Shown one piece after another: positions 28,399 to 39,507 of a stretch of 64,000 bases of DNA; the first letter of the stretch is position 1; the number at the start of each line of letters is the position of its first letter. Below the pieces are notes generated by a model, which was given only the letters and a program-made list of their open reading frames with translations, was not told the DNA's origin and ran no database searches. Source of the DNA: an uncultured Lentisphaerales bacterium (lineage in GTDB: Bacteria; Verrucomicrobiota; Lentisphaeria; JABSQK01); the NCBI GenBank assembly GCA_964384625.1, contig CAYLNH010000004.1:20922-84921 (forward strand). Direction: 5' to 3'. The translations under genes were made by a program, and so were the position numbers.

Positions 28399-30495
28399 CT
28401 ATTCTATCTTCCCCCCCGCTCCAGACCGCTGGCCGCCGGCCGCCGGCCGCCACACCTTCACCCCGTACCGCTCCAACGTCGCCGTCGGACCAACGACCTC
28501 GCCGGTCAACAAATCCGTGCCGCTGGCGTTGAGGTCCACCTGGACCTCGGCATCGTTGAAGTTCAGCAGAAACACATAGCGGCTGTCGCCGTCGGTGCGA
28601 AGCTGCGCCGTGACGCCCGGCGGCAGATCCGCATCAAGCGCGCGCTTGATCGACAGGTCGGCAGTCAGTTTGCCGTAGAAATCCGTCAGGAACTCGGCGC
28701 TGTTGCGGGACGCCAGGTAGTACGCCCTGCCCTCGCCGAATTGGTTCACCGTACACGCCGGCGAACCGGCGAAATACTCGGTCGCAAACGTCGCCAGCAC
28801 TTCCGCGCCCTCGGCGTGGATCACGGAACACGTGTCTACCGCGTCATACTCGCCGGCCAGACCGAGAGGATTGTCCGCCGCCATCACGATCTTGACCGAT
28901 TCAGACGGCAGGCAGCTCTGGCTTTCCTCCTCCCAGACGCCGAAGACTTCGCGCAGGCCCTGCCCCGGCACGCCGCCGAGACAGCACAGGTCCGTCTCAT
29001 CCACGACACCGCTCCAATACGTCATCACCGCCGTGCCGCCGCCTTTGACAAACGCTTTCAGCCGGTCCGCAAAGCCGGGGCGCAGCATGTACGCCATCGG
29101 CGCCACCACCAGGCGATATGAATCCAACGGCGAGATCTGCTCGATCACGTCCACCGGCACGCCGGCATCCCAGAACGGGCGATAGTGCGCCAGGACCTCC
29201 TGCCGGTACTTGACGTTTTCGCCGAGGTAGACCCGAGCGCCGAAGTTCAACGCCCACTCATTCTCCCAGTCCTGAATAATCGCGACCTCCGGCTGTACCG
29301 TCGTGCCGACGACGTCGTCCAGTTTCTGCAGCGCGTCGCCCACCGCGGCAACATCGCGGAACACGCGCGTGTTCTCGTGGCCGGCATGGTCGACCACCGC
29401 GCCGTGGAACTTCTCGCAACACCCGCGGCTCTTGCGCCACTGGAAGTACTGTACCGTATCCGAACCATGGGCCACCGCCTGCAGACTCGAGAGCAAATGC
29501 ATGCCCGGCTCTTTGCGCTTCTTTACCCGGCAACGCGTCGGAATGCTCGGTACGCTCTCCATCAGCATAAACGGTTTGCCGCCCTTCATGGCACGGTTGA
29601 TGTCGTGCTGCAACGCCGTGCGCGCCGCTTCCAGCGCTTCGTCCCCGGTCTCATGCCAGTTCGGGTAGGAGTCCCAGGACACCACGTCCACCGCCCGCGC
29701 AAAGGCCCAGTAGTCCAGCGTCGGGCTGCCCGTCATGAAGTTCGTCGTCACCGGGATGTTCGGCGTCAACTCTTTCAGCGGTGCCGTTTCGGCGTTGAAG
29801 AAATCGATGGTCTGCGCCGTCTTGAACCGTTCCCAGTCGAGCATCAGCCCGTGCAGACAGGTGTCGGTCGGGACGACATAGTCCCAGTCGGGAAAGGAGT
29901 GCGACCAGAACGACGACCAGTAGGCCGCGTTCAGTTTTTCGATGTCGTTGTCATAGCGCGCCCGCAGCCACGCCTGAAATGCGGCGTAGCACAAGGCACA
30001 GTGGCAGTCGCCGCCGTTGTACTCGTTGGACGCATGCCACACCAGCAACGCCGGGTGATCGGCGTAGCGTTCGGCCAATCGCGTGTTGATCGCCACGCAC
30101 TTGTCACGATAGACCGGCGAGGTCCGGCAGTGATTGTGCCGCCCGCCGTGCGGCTGGCGGGCGCCGTCGGCGTTCACCCGGCGAACTTCCGGATAGGCCC
30201 GGCTCATCCAGGCCGGCTTCGAACCGCTCGGGGTCGCCATCACCGCATACGCGTTTTGCGCCGCCAGTTTATCCATGATCGTGTCCAGCCAACCGAACTC
30301 GTACTGTCCCTCCGCCGGCTCCAGGGCCGACCAGGCAAAAATCCCGACCGACATCGCATTGCAGCCGGCCAACTGCATCAACCGCATGTCCTCGTCCCAG
30401 ATCTCCGGCGTCCGGATCCATTGATCGGGGTTATAGTCGCCGCCGTGCTGCATATGCGGGCACTTCGGGTGAATCGGGGGGAAACGTGTTGTCAT
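28399..30495 (-). CDS. beta-galactosidase, GH42
   Basis: GGDYNPDQW, GIFAWSALEP, WHASNEY, FMLME, FQWRKSRG..EKFHGA motifs. Confidence 0.95.
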   Translation of the reverse strand: MTTRFPPIHPKCPHMQHGGDYNPDQWIRTPEIWDEDMRLMQLAGCNAMSVGIFAWSALEPAEGQYEFGWLDTIMDKLAAQNAYAVMATPSGSKPAWMSRAYPEVRRVNADGARQPHGGRHNHCRTSPVYRDKCVAINTRLAERYADHPALLVWHASNEYNGGDCHCALCYAAFQAWLRARYDNDIEKLNAAYWSSFWSHSFPDWDYVVPTDTCLHGLMLDWERFKTAQTIDFFNAETAPLKELTPNIPVTTNFMTGSPTLDYWAFARAVDVVSWDSYPNWHETGDEALEAARTALQHDINRAMKGGKPFMLMESVPSIPTRCRVKKRKEPGMHLLSSLQAVAHGSDTVQYFQWRKSRGCCEKFHGAVVDHAGHENTRVFRDVAAVGDALQKLDDVVGTTVQPEVAIIQDWENEWALNFGARVYLGENVKYRQEVLAHYRPFWDAGVPVDVIEQISPLDSYRLVVAPMAYMLRPGFADRLKAFVKGGGTAVMTYWSGVVDETDLCCLGGVPGQGLREVFGVWEEESQSCLPSESVKIVMAADNPLGLAGEYDAVDTCSVIHAEGAEVLATFATEYFAGSPACTVNQFGEGRAYYLASRNSAEFLTDFYGKLTADLSIKRALDADLPPGVTAQLRTDGDSRYVFLLNFNDAEVQVDLNASGTDLLTGEVVGPTATLERYGVKVWRPAAGGQRSGAGGKIE

Positions 30496-30558
30496 CTTGC
30501 GCTTTCTTGCCGGCTTGGGGTTTCAATGAGTGCGCCAATGGCGCCGAATCGATGTGCC

Positions 30559-30586
30559 AGTATACAAAGCAATCGCCGCACTGCAA
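30559..30586 (-). promoter_or_regulatory. sigma70-like promoter TTGCAG-N16-TATACT for the GH42 gene
   Basis: Read on minus strand about 65 nt upstream of start. Confidence 0.45.
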
Positions 30587-30648
30587 CACCGGAAGACAGA
30601 CTGTTGCGGGGGGGAGCCACTGCATGCCGCCGGGCGCTGGCATAGGAC

Positions 30649-30688
30649 AAAAAAAGCGGACCCCGGCCGTAATCGGCCAAGGGTCCGC
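30649..30688 (-). terminator. intrinsic terminator
   Basis: Minus strand gcggacccttggccg-atta-cggccggggtccgc followed by T7. Confidence 0.7.
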
Positions 30689-30926
30689 CCCGGGGGGATG
30701 GGATCTTCTTGCTGCCGCTGAGCGGCTTCTTTTCACCCTATGTATTCACGGCAACTCTCCGAGTTATGTCGGACAGAACTCTTTTTTCCTGCTTTTTCCG
30801 GCCACCTGATTCTCTCACGAAAGCTTGGCGGAATCTTCACCTTGGCGGGCGCTTTCAGCTTTCCATCGGGCTGCGCGGGAGTTATTGTGGGAGGTGGCCG
30901 CAACTGATTACGAAACGAGAGGCCGA

Positions 30927-32309
30927 ATGAGCACGGAATTCAAACGCAATATCCTCTGCATCGGAGCCGGGTATGTCGGCGGCCCGACGATGGCGATGAT
31001 CGCCGCAAAATGCCCCGACTGCCGAGTTGAGGTGGTCGACATCAACGCCGAGAAGATCGCCGCCTGGGCGTCGGGCGAGCCGCCGATTTACGAACCGGGG
31101 CTGCAAGATGTCGTCGCCGAGGCAATCAACCGGAATCTGTTCTTCAGTACCGACATCGGCACCGGTATCGAGCGCGCCGATATCATCTTCGTCAGCGTCA
31201 ATACGCCGACAAAGACCTTTGGCCGGGGCGCCGGCATGGCCGCGGACCTGCAATACTGGGAGAAGACCGCACGACAGATCAAACAGCACTCCGCCGGCGA
31301 TAAGATTGTGGTTGAGAAGAGCACCTTGCCGGTGCGCACGGCCAAGGCCATGGAACGCATTCTCCATGCCGGCGACAAAGACGTCCACTTCGAGGTGTTG
31401 TCCAACCCGGAGTTTCTGGCCGAAGGCACCGCGATGCAGGACCTGGAAACCCCGGATCGCGTCCTGATCGGCGGCCACGACACGGAGAGCGGGCGGGCCG
31501 CGGTTCAGGAGTTGGTTGAAATCTACGCCCACTGGGTACCCCGCGAACGAATCCTCACGACCAGCGTCTGGTCCAGCGAGCTCTCAAAACTGGTGGCCAA
31601 CGCCTTCCTGGCCCAGCGCATCAGTTCGATCAACAGTATTTCCGCCATCTGCGAAGCGACCGAGGCAAATATCGCGGAGGTCTCCCGCGCGATCGGCATG
31701 GACCGCCGTATCGGCGCCCGCTTCCTCAACGCCAGCGTCGGCTTCGGCGGCTCCTGCTTCAAGAAGGACATCCTCAATCTCGTCTATCTTTGCGAACACT
31801 TCGGCTTGCCGCAAGTTGCCGACTACTGGCGTCAGGTAGTGGCGATGAACGACTTCCAGCGCACGCGCTTCGTGCAGCGGATGGTCAGCAGCATGTTCAA
31901 CACGGTTGTCGGCAAACGTATTGCCCTGTTGGGCTTCGCCTTCAAAGCGGATACCGGCGACACCCGGGAGAGTCCGGCGATCTACATTGCCCGGCAACTC
32001 CTCGAAGAACGCGCCGACGTCGCGGTCACCGACCCGAAGGCGCTGCCGAACGCAAAGATCGATCTGGCGGATGTTGCCGACCAGGTGGAGTTTGCCGACG
32101 ACCCGTATGCCGCCGCCGAGGGCGCCCATGCCCTGGCAATCCTGACCGAGTGGCAGGCATACCGGGAGCTTGACTACGAACGGATCCATGCGGCCATGAT
32201 GCAGCCGGCATTCATCTTTGACGGCCGCAATATCCTCGACCACGGTCGACTCTACGAAATCGGCTTCAACGTCTACCCGATCGGCCAGCCCCCACTGGTC
32301 CATATCTAG
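30927..32309 (+). CDS. ugd: UDP-glucose 6-dehydrogenase
   Basis: [37 protein letters not shown]. Confidence 0.96.
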   Translation: MSTEFKRNILCIGAGYVGGPTMAMIAAKCPDCRVEVVDINAEKIAAWASGEPPIYEPGLQDVVAEAINRNLFFSTDIGTGIERADIIFVSVNTPTKTFGRGAGMAADLQYWEKTARQIKQHSAGDKIVVEKSTLPVRTAKAMERILHAGDKDVHFEVLSNPEFLAEGTAMQDLETPDRVLIGGHDTESGRAAVQELVEIYAHWVPRERILTTSVWSSELSKLVANAFLAQRISSINSISAICEATEANIAEVSRAIGMDRRIGARFLNASVGFGGSCFKKDILNLVYLCEHFGLPQVADYWRQVVAMNDFQRTRFVQRMVSSMFNTVVGKRIALLGFAFKADTGDTRESPAIYIARQLLEERADVAVTDPKALPNAKIDLADVADQVEFADDPYAAAEGAHALAILTEWQAYRELDYERIHAAMMQPAFIFDGRNILDHGRLYEIGFNVYPIGQPPLVHI

Positions 32310-33274
32310 CCGCGTTCGCAGGCGATGACGCTCTCAAGAATATCGGTGAGCGATCGGGTCGCCCGCCAACCAATGAGCTGGTTGACCCGGCTGGTATCCG
32401 GGACGCGGCGCTGCATGTCTTCAAACCCCGGCGCGTAGGCCTGGTCGTAGGAAATCTTGACGATGTCGGATTCGCTGCCGGTCAGTTCTTTCACCTTGAC
32501 GGCCAGTTCGCCGATTGAGACCTCCTCCGTCGAACCGAGATTGTAAACCCGGCCCGGGGCCTCTTCGTGTTGGGCCAATCCGACCAGCCCGTCGACCACG
32601 TCGCGTACATCACAGAAGCAACGGCACTGCTTGCCGTCGCCGAAGACCGTGATCGGTTTCCCATCCAGCGCCTGCCGCACGAAGCGCGGGATCACCATGC
32701 CGTAGCGCCCTGTCTGCCGGGCGCCGACGGTGTTGAACAGCCGCACCTGAACGACCTCCAGGGCGTGCTCGTGGGTATAGGCGAAGCCGAGGAACTCGTC
32801 CACCATTTTGCTGGCGGCATAGGCCCAGCGACTCCGGCAGGTGGGGCCCAGCAGGACATCGTCGTCTTCCTGGAAGGGGATTCTGCTGCCCTTGCCGTAG
32901 ACCTCCGAGGTGCTGGCCAGGAGAACCCGGCAGTTGTAGCGCAGGGCAGCGGCCAGAACCGCCTCTGTCCCCATGATGTTGGTCGAGATCGTGTGGACCG
33001 GGTGCTCGACGATCAGCATGACACCGACGGCGGCCGCCAGATGTACGACGACATCGGCCTCGGAGGCCAGCCGATCCAGGACGATCGGATCCGTAATGCT
33101 CGCCCGGGCAAACTGGAAGTCGGTCTCGGGCAGGAGGTGCTGGATGTTCTCGATCCGGCCGGTGGACAAGTCGTCAATCACACGGACGCGATGGCCTTGC
33201 GCCAACAGTTTTTCGCAAAGATGCGAACCGATAAAGCCCGCCCCGCCGGTAACCAGATAGGTCTGGGATTCCAA
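32306..33274 (-). CDS. NAD-dependent epimerase/dehydratase (extended SDR)
   Basis: [31 protein letters not shown]. Confidence 0.93.
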   Translation of the reverse strand: MESQTYLVTGGAGFIGSHLCEKLLAQGHRVRVIDDLSTGRIENIQHLLPETDFQFARASITDPIVLDRLASEADVVVHLAAAVGVMLIVEHPVHTISTNIMGTEAVLAAALRYNCRVLLASTSEVYGKGSRIPFQEDDDVLLGPTCRSRWAYAASKMVDEFLGFAYTHEHALEVVQVRLFNTVGARQTGRYGMVIPRFVRQALDGKPITVFGDGKQCRCFCDVRDVVDGLVGLAQHEEAPGRVYNLGSTEEVSIGELAVKVKELTGSESDIVKISYDQAYAPGFEDMQRRVPDTSRVNQLIGWRATRSLTDILESVIACERG

Positions 33275-33279
33275 TGTCT

Positions 33280-33840
33280 TTATTCCTTCTTCTCCGGAGT
33301 GCACACCAGCATGCCGTCGCGGAGTTGCCCGGCCTTGTCGGGAGCGCCCAGTTGGCGGACCAGTTCCAGGGCGAATTCGACGGCAACCCCGGCGCCCTTG
33401 CCGGTAACAATGCGGCCGTCGACTTCGACTCGCGCGCCGGTGCAGGTCGCGCCGGACAGGCGATCCTCGAAACCGGGATAGCAGGTCACAGCTTTGCCGT
33501 CGGTCACGCCGGCCGCAGCCAGGGCGATCGGCGCGGCACAGATGGCGCCGAGCAGTTTGCCGTCTGCGGCCGCCCGGCGCAATACGTCGCGCACCGCCTC
33601 GTTCTTCGCCAGGTTCGCGGCCCCGGGCATGCCGCCGGGCAGAACGACGGCGTCAGCCTCCCCCGCGGCAGTCAAAGCGGCGTCGGCCTTGATCGTCACA
33701 TTGTGCGCCCCGACAACGTCCGCAGTTCCGGCGACGCTGAGCACATTCACCTTGAAGTCGGCCCGGCGGAGGACGTCGATGATCGCAATCGCCTCGATCT
33801 CCTCGAAGCCGGGCGCCAGCAGCACGTCAATAATCGGCAT
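33280..33840 (-). CDS. DJ-1/YajL/PfpI family protein
   Basis: GFEEIE, LPGGMPGA, AICAAP. Confidence 0.93.
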   Translation of the reverse strand: MPIIDVLLAPGFEEIEAIAIIDVLRRADFKVNVLSVAGTADVVGAHNVTIKADAALTAAGEADAVVLPGGMPGAANLAKNEAVRDVLRRAAADGKLLGAICAAPIALAAAGVTDGKAVTCYPGFEDRLSGATCTGARVEVDGRIVTGKGAGVAVEFALELVRQLGAPDKAGQLRDGMLVCTPEKKE

Positions 33841-33847
33841 GGTGGAT

Positions 33848-34732
33848 TTACTCCTGATTGACCGCGATGCCGATGGTTTCCCCGGTCAGCACGCGAGTTT
33901 CATGGCCGGCGGCGGAATTGTTGACCAGATCGTCCGAGAACCGGATCATCCCAGGCTCGAAGATCAGGATGATGGTCGAGCCGCCATACTGGAAGTAGCC
34001 CTTTTCCCGCATCTTGGTGCAGGTCTTGCCGGTGAACGTTTGCACAATACTGCCGACGCCGAAGGCGCCGACCTCCAGGTAACAGAACCGGCCGAAGTAC
34101 TTGCTCTTGATAACGGTGAAGCTGCGTTTGTTGGCGCAGAACACGTTGACGCCGGATCCCAGCGCGATGGGATTCACCGAATGATAGGCGCCCTTGATCG
34201 TCCTGGTTTCAAGAATATCGCCGCCGCAGGGGAAGTGAAACCGGTGGTAATCCCCGGGGCACAGGCGAATTGTCGCCAGAGCGCCGCTGCGGTACTCCCG
34301 CGCGACGCGGCCAAGGAGGTCCTGAACGCGAAACTTGGCGCCCTTCACCGGAATGAACTCGTCGTCGGCCAACTTCGGGTAGACCAGGATCCGGCCGTCG
34401 GCCGGACAACTGTAGACATTGGGGGATTGATCGCAATCTCGAGCCCCGGGTTTCAGCCGCCGGGTAAAGAAGGCGTTGAAACTGCCGAAGGACGAGTCGC
34501 GAAACTCGCTGGTGTCCACATTGTAAGTCTTGATCACTTTCTTGATGTGGAGCTTCGACAGAAACGACTTGTAGTAGAGGGCGAGCAGCCGGGTCGCCAG
34601 CGAATTTGTAAACCAACCGCCGGGCTTGCCCTTCTTGTATGAGGACGCGATGAACCCGCCGGCCAGCACCTGCTCTTTGCAAAGCTTCTGGCTGCCTCTC
34701 TCGTAGTATTGGATCGTAACTGGTTTGCCCAT
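33848..34732 (-). CDS. psd: phosphatidylserine decarboxylase
   Basis: FNAFFTRRLK, CPADG, RLCPGDYHRFH, GYFQYGGST self-cleavage motif. Confidence 0.93.
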   Translation of the reverse strand: MGKPVTIQYYERGSQKLCKEQVLAGGFIASSYKKGKPGGWFTNSLATRLLALYYKSFLSKLHIKKVIKTYNVDTSEFRDSSFGSFNAFFTRRLKPGARDCDQSPNVYSCPADGRILVYPKLADDEFIPVKGAKFRVQDLLGRVAREYRSGALATIRLCPGDYHRFHFPCGGDILETRTIKGAYHSVNPIALGSGVNVFCANKRSFTVIKSKYFGRFCYLEVGAFGVGSIVQTFTGKTCTKMREKGYFQYGGSTIILIFEPGMIRFSDDLVNNSAAGHETRVLTGETIGIAVNQE

Positions 34733-35385
34733 TGCCGTATCCTGAAACTGTTCGTGGTTTCTCCCCGGAACCGTGCCAGTACTGAAACTGTAATACCGTC
34801 GGCAGGCCAACGCAAGGCATCGCCCGCAACCGGAGGACGGGAGTCGAACGTCAGTGGCGGGGAAGGCTCCCGCTCGCCGTTTTCCCACCACCGGCGGACC
34901 CGTATCAAACAGGAATGCTTTTTGTCCTGCTTCCCAGGGGAAACAACGATTGCCCGCTCATGCGGCAGCCGGAAATTAGGGAGCTCCTTGCATGCCGGAC
35001 GAATCCGCTGCAACCGGCCACCCGGATTCGCCCACACCGACAAATGCGGCTTGCCTGACTGCCGGGTTATCACCCCGGGATGCCCATCATTCCGATGATG
35101 CCTGTGCTGCTGCCTTTTGCGCCGGTTCCCCGTGGCCGGCAAGCGTAAATATCTCGACTTTGGCAACAGCAAGGCAACGTCCGGCAACTCGAATCTCATC
35201 CAACTATTTCAGCAAAAGCACCTTGCGACTCAATCTGGCTTGGCCGGACAGGTCCCGGTAAAAACCCAAAAAAGCGGCACGCCCCCCTTGAAATGGCCTT
35301 TGGCGTTTTGTATACCATCAACCAGAAGGCGAAGACTCGCTCGAAGATTAGCTCATACAAACCCACCAAAGTAGAAGGAGAGGAA

Positions 35386-35886
35386 ATGAGGAACAAGAAG
35401 AGAAAAGGTTTCACGCTGATTGAGCTGCTGGTCGTGGTTGCCATCATCGCCATCCTGGCGGGGATGCTGCTGCCGGTCCTCAGTAAAGCACGTGAAAAAG
35501 CCCGTCGCGTCAACTGCGCCGGCAACCTGAAACAGATCGGTCTGGCCCTGTTGATGTACTCCGGTGAAAACAGCGGTTTCTTCATCAACGCGAACGAAGC
35601 CGGGACCAGCAACCTGGAGCCGCTGAACACGGAAGGCGTGCTGAACAACGGCAAGGTCTATGGCTGCCCGAGCGCAACCAACCTGAAAACCACGGCCGCG
35701 GTCACCAATTACGACTACGTTGGTTCCGGCCTGAAAGACGATAACGCCGATCCGACGGCCACCACGGTCGCCCGCGACGAATCCGGCAACCATCCGGATA
35801 ACCAATGGATGAACGCCCTGTTTGTCGATGGTCACGTCGAAGGCTCGAAGCCGGACGGCACCAAGACCTGGAACACCTTCTATTAA
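35386..35886 (+). CDS. prepilin-type N-terminal cleavage protein with C-terminal H-X9-DG motif
   Basis: [36 protein letters not shown]; [12 protein letters not shown]; AAGGAG RBS. Confidence 0.93.
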   Translation: MRNKKRKGFTLIELLVVVAIIAILAGMLLPVLSKAREKARRVNCAGNLKQIGLALLMYSGENSGFFINANEAGTSNLEPLNTEGVLNNGKVYGCPSATNLKTTAAVTNYDYVGSGLKDDNADPTATTVARDESGNHPDNQWMNALFVDGHVEGSKPDGTKTWNTFY

Positions 35887-35921
35887 ACCGAAGGCGTAAC
35901 AGGCGATACGTCTGTATTATT

Positions 35922-35955
35922 CAGCGCGAGGTCTCCGACCTCGCGCTGCTTTTTT
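35922..35955 (+). terminator. intrinsic terminator
   Basis: 12-bp perfect stem cagcgcgaggtc/gacctcgcgctg followed by a T-run. Confidence 0.85.
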
Positions 35956-36125
35956 AAACGGACGGGAAGCCGGCGGCGAGGACAGGCAACGGAGCTCGCG
36001 ATCGTGTACGGCTTCCGCCGCCGCGCCTGGAAAGAAGCACATGTGCCCGGCGGCCGCGAGGATGCTTGCAGGGAGGGGCATCCCGGAGTATAGTACAAGC
36101 GATTCCAGCGCCGGGAAATACCAAC

Positions 36126-36764
36126 GTGCAGCCCACCGAACAGCAAAGCCTGATCCGTCTCAAAGTCCTTTCCCTCGGGGTCATGGGCACGAACTGTTAT
36201 GTCCTGGCCAACCCGGCGGGCGATGCCCTCGTCATTGACCCCGCCGGCGACCCGGAGGTCATCGGCAAGTATCTGGAATCCGAAGAACTGACACCCGCGG
36301 CAATTCTGCTGACGCACGCGCACTTCGACCACATCCAGGCAGTGCCGGATCTGGCGGCAAAGTACGATCTGCCTGTGGTCCTTCACCCCGAGGATGAGTT
36401 TATTCTGGCCAGCCCGGATAACGCCATGCCGCCCATGATCCCGGCGATTCGGGCCTGCCCGCCGACGATACCCGAGTTGGTCGACCAACCGGCCGGCCTG
36501 CATTTCGAAATGCTGCACACCCCCGGCCATTCGCCGGGCAGTGTCAGCTACTACTTCCCCGCTCTCAGGGAGGCCTTCGTCGGCGACACCTTGTTCTGCC
36601 GGGGCATCGGTCGCGACGACCTGTGGGGCGGCGACCACGCAACGTTGATCGCATCCATCCGCAATGTCCTGTTGGCGCTGGATGATCGGGTCCAGGTCTA
36701 TCCCGGCCATGGCCCGGATACTACTATCGCCCTGGAGAAGCAGCAGAACCCGTTTCTTCGTTAG
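36126..36764 (+). CDS. MBL-fold metallo-hydrolase (glyoxalase II-like)
   Basis: THAHFDH, HTPGHS, GDTLF, PGHG; GTG start inferred. Confidence 0.92.
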   Translation: MQPTEQQSLIRLKVLSLGVMGTNCYVLANPAGDALVIDPAGDPEVIGKYLESEELTPAAILLTHAHFDHIQAVPDLAAKYDLPVVLHPEDEFILASPDNAMPPMIPAIRACPPTIPELVDQPAGLHFEMLHTPGHSPGSVSYYFPALREAFVGDTLFCRGIGRDDLWGGDHATLIASIRNVLLALDDRVQVYPGHGPDTTIALEKQQNPFLR

Positions 36765-36770
36765 GAACGC

Positions 36771-38870
36771 ATGTCCTCCTACGTCTTGACACCGCAAGGC
36801 GAGCTCTTGGTTGACAAACTGCCCCTGTTCACCGGGATAACGCCGCAATTGACCCTGGCTCAAGCCGACCCGGGTGGATTCCTGATCGCGCACAATCCGG
36901 TGGCCGGCAGGCAGGAATTCAGCCTGGGACGGTTCTGCGGGGTCGAGGGGTTCCTGGCGCTGTATCGTCCGGAACCGGCGGCCATGGCGCCGAACACCGG
37001 ACTGGAAGAACGGGACATCCTGCCCGAAACACAGTTTCTCCTCGCCAAAGACTTCGCCGCGCGCTTCATCCTCCTGATCCCCCTGGTCGAAGCCGCGCAC
37101 CGCAGCGCCCTGCGCGGCACGCCGGATGACGGCATACAGATCGTCTGCCACGGCGACGCTCCGGCGCCGACATGCACTTTGGTGTACGTCGGCGTCGGCA
37201 TGGACCCATTCCTGTTGGTCCGCGACAGCTGGGCGGCAATCGCCGGGGCCGGCCAAGGTCGCCACCGGCGCGCTGCGGCCACAACGGCCGCGCCGGATGA
37301 ACATCTGAAGTGGTGCACCGCCGGAATTGCGGATGAACTGACGAACGCCGCAATCCTCGACGGCATCGCCCGGCTCAACGGCCAACGCCCTTTTCCGCTG
37401 GGGTTGTTGCTGGACCATCGCTGGCAGACGGAAAACGCCAGAGGCGAGTTGACCGGCTTCGAGCCAAACCCCTTACTGGGACAGGATCTGGCGGCCTGTG
37501 TCGCTGGTTGGCGCCGGGCCGGCGTCAACCATGTGGCTGTCAGCCATCCCCTGACCGGCGGCAGAGCCGGTGTGGCTGCCGACGCCTTCCGGAAGTTTCC
37601 GACCGATACCACGCCTGTCCGGTACGCAGAGGATGTCCTGCACCACCGTCCCGACCTCTTTGACCCGGCCGCCGTGCGTCTGCCGGCCGGCGACCAGGTC
37701 GGCGGCTTCTACGCCGAATTCTACCAGTTCCTGCAAGACCGCGGGGTGGACGATGTTGTGGTTGAAGACGACGGCCTGGTGGAAGGGGCAGCTCCCGCCA
37801 TGGACGGGCGAGTGCAGACCCAGCGCCGGTATTGGCAGGCGGTTGCCGCCGCCGCGTCGACCGCGTTCGACTGCCGCATCACCCAAAGCGGCGGATCGAA
37901 TGAAGCCCTGTTCAGCGCCGCTGCCCCAGGCGCATTTCGCCTCGGCGGCTCGGCCAACTCGCAACAACTTGAGAAACAAAGCGGAATCGTCTATGCCAAT
38001 GCCTGCGCCAGCCTGTTTCTGGCCGATCTGCGGCAGCCGGATTGGGGGCCGTTTCACACCAGCGGGCCGGCCGGCTTCTTCAATGCCGCCGCACGCAGCG
38101 TCAGCGGCGGCCCGGTCATCATCGCCGACGCCCCCGGTGAACACAATCAGGAGGTCCTTGACAAGCTCATGCTTGCCGACGGCTCGCTGCTGCAGCCGAC
38201 GGGGAGTGCCCGGCCGACGCAGGATTGCCTCTTTGAGGATCCCCGCACGGATGATGCTGTCCTGAAGATATGCAACAGCAACACGCTCGGGCATGTCATC
38301 GGCGTCTTCAACTGCCAGTACCATGAACAGAAACAGAAACGTCATTTCGTCGCGGGTACCATTCGGCCGAACGACATCCCCGGACTCTCCGGTGAGGTCT
38401 TCGCCCTCTACTCGCACCAGGCGGCAAAGCTGACCGCCTGCCGCCGGCAGCAACGGGTCTCCGTCTGGCTCAACGACTTCGGGTTTGAGATCATCACCGT
38501 CATGCCGGTCCAACACGGCTTCGCCGCCATCGGTCTGGCCGACCGATTCAACAGCGGCGCTGCCGTCGAGTCGGTCGATTTTGCCGACAGCAAGCACTGC
38601 CGCGTCCGCTTGCGCCATGGCGGCCGCTTTGTCGCCTGGGCCGAAGTCGAACCGGAGGCGCTGATACGCAATGACACACACTTCCCGTTTGAGTACGACC
38701 GACGGGAGAAGAAACTGCAGACCGAGCTGCCCACGGACGGGCCGATCGAGCTGACCATTCAGCTTGGCGAACCGGCCCCGGCTGAGCCCCGGCCAACCGC
38801 CATGGACTGGACGCCCTATGTGCGGGACTCGAGACGGAAGCTGGTCTTCCGCCTGCCGCCGACGGACTGA
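36771..38870 (+). CDS. Sip1/raffinose synthase (GH36)-related protein with degenerate active site
   Basis: PETQFLL, QPDW, AAARSVSGGP..D.PGEHN, RPTQDCLFEDP, GVFNCQ, FAAIGL..FNSGAAV. Confidence 0.8.
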   Translation: MSSYVLTPQGELLVDKLPLFTGITPQLTLAQADPGGFLIAHNPVAGRQEFSLGRFCGVEGFLALYRPEPAAMAPNTGLEERDILPETQFLLAKDFAARFILLIPLVEAAHRSALRGTPDDGIQIVCHGDAPAPTCTLVYVGVGMDPFLLVRDSWAAIAGAGQGRHRRAAATTAAPDEHLKWCTAGIADELTNAAILDGIARLNGQRPFPLGLLLDHRWQTENARGELTGFEPNPLLGQDLAACVAGWRRAGVNHVAVSHPLTGGRAGVAADAFRKFPTDTTPVRYAEDVLHHRPDLFDPAAVRLPAGDQVGGFYAEFYQFLQDRGVDDVVVEDDGLVEGAAPAMDGRVQTQRRYWQAVAAAASTAFDCRITQSGGSNEALFSAAAPGAFRLGGSANSQQLEKQSGIVYANACASLFLADLRQPDWGPFHTSGPAGFFNAAARSVSGGPVIIADAPGEHNQEVLDKLMLADGSLLQPTGSARPTQDCLFEDPRTDDAVLKICNSNTLGHVIGVFNCQYHEQKQKRHFVAGTIRPNDIPGLSGEVFALYSHQAAKLTACRRQQRVSVWLNDFGFEIITVMPVQHGFAAIGLADRFNSGAAVESVDFADSKHCRVRLRHGGRFVAWAEVEPEALIRNDTHFPFEYDRREKKLQTELPTDGPIELTIQLGEPAPAEPRPTAMDWTPYVRDSRRKLVFRLPPTD

Positions 38871-39075
38871 CCTCCTGCTTCGCGCCAACCGGGGAATGCC
38901 CCAGCCACTGCAGCCACGTCCTGCAATCGCATGGCTACCCAGGCACCGGACTCCTGTTCTGCAAAGTACTTTGTAATAATGAAAAAACGCCGCTTCCGGG
39001 GAAATCCCGGATGTTTCCGGCTTTACTTCTGCGGAAAATGCCGCTATAGTAAAGTAGAGTCCTACGGAGAATCAG

Positions 39076-39495
39076 ATGAACACATTAAAAACAGCCTTAA
39101 AACCGTTCAAACTGGTCCTCCCGGCCTTGATCTGTGCCGCCTGGGTCACCGGCTGCGCCACCGCGCGCCGCCCGGCGCCCCCCACGCCGGCCGGATCTTC
39201 CTCGTCGCGGCAAACGGCCCCCGCGCCCGCTGCCGAGGAGAGCATCCCCGAGCTGCTGCGGAAAGCCCACACCGCCTTCCGTCAGCAGTATTTCAACGAG
39301 GCGGTCCTGCGCTACCGCGAAGTCGAGCGGTCCTACCAGGGCCACGCGGAACGCGCGGCCGACCGGATTGCCGACTGCTACCTGTTCCTGGGCGACCAGA
39401 AACGGGCGATCGAGGCGTATCGCCGCGCTCTGAAGAAGTACCGCTCGCGCCATGCGGGCGACATGCTCGAGAAGATCAACCGGGAAGGTATCTGA
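39076..39495 (+). CDS. TPR-containing lipoprotein
   Basis: Lipobox VTGC, Pro/Ser linker, IADCYLFLGDQKRAIEAYRRAL. Confidence 0.8.
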   Translation: MNTLKTALKPFKLVLPALICAAWVTGCATARRPAPPTPAGSSSSRQTAPAPAAEESIPELLRKAHTAFRQQYFNEAVLRYREVERSYQGHAERAADRIADCYLFLGDQKRAIEAYRRALKKYRSRHAGDMLEKINREGI

Positions 39496-39507
39496 GAACG
39501 GCGGGCC

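Noticed and set aside
28275-30495. Genomic island integrated at tRNA-Arg
   Set aside because: No integrase and no duplicated tRNA 3' end noticed
35275-35292. sigma54 promoter-like CGGCACG..TTGAA upstream of the prepilin gene
   Set aside because: GG-to-GC spacing and the -12 element do not fit the consensus
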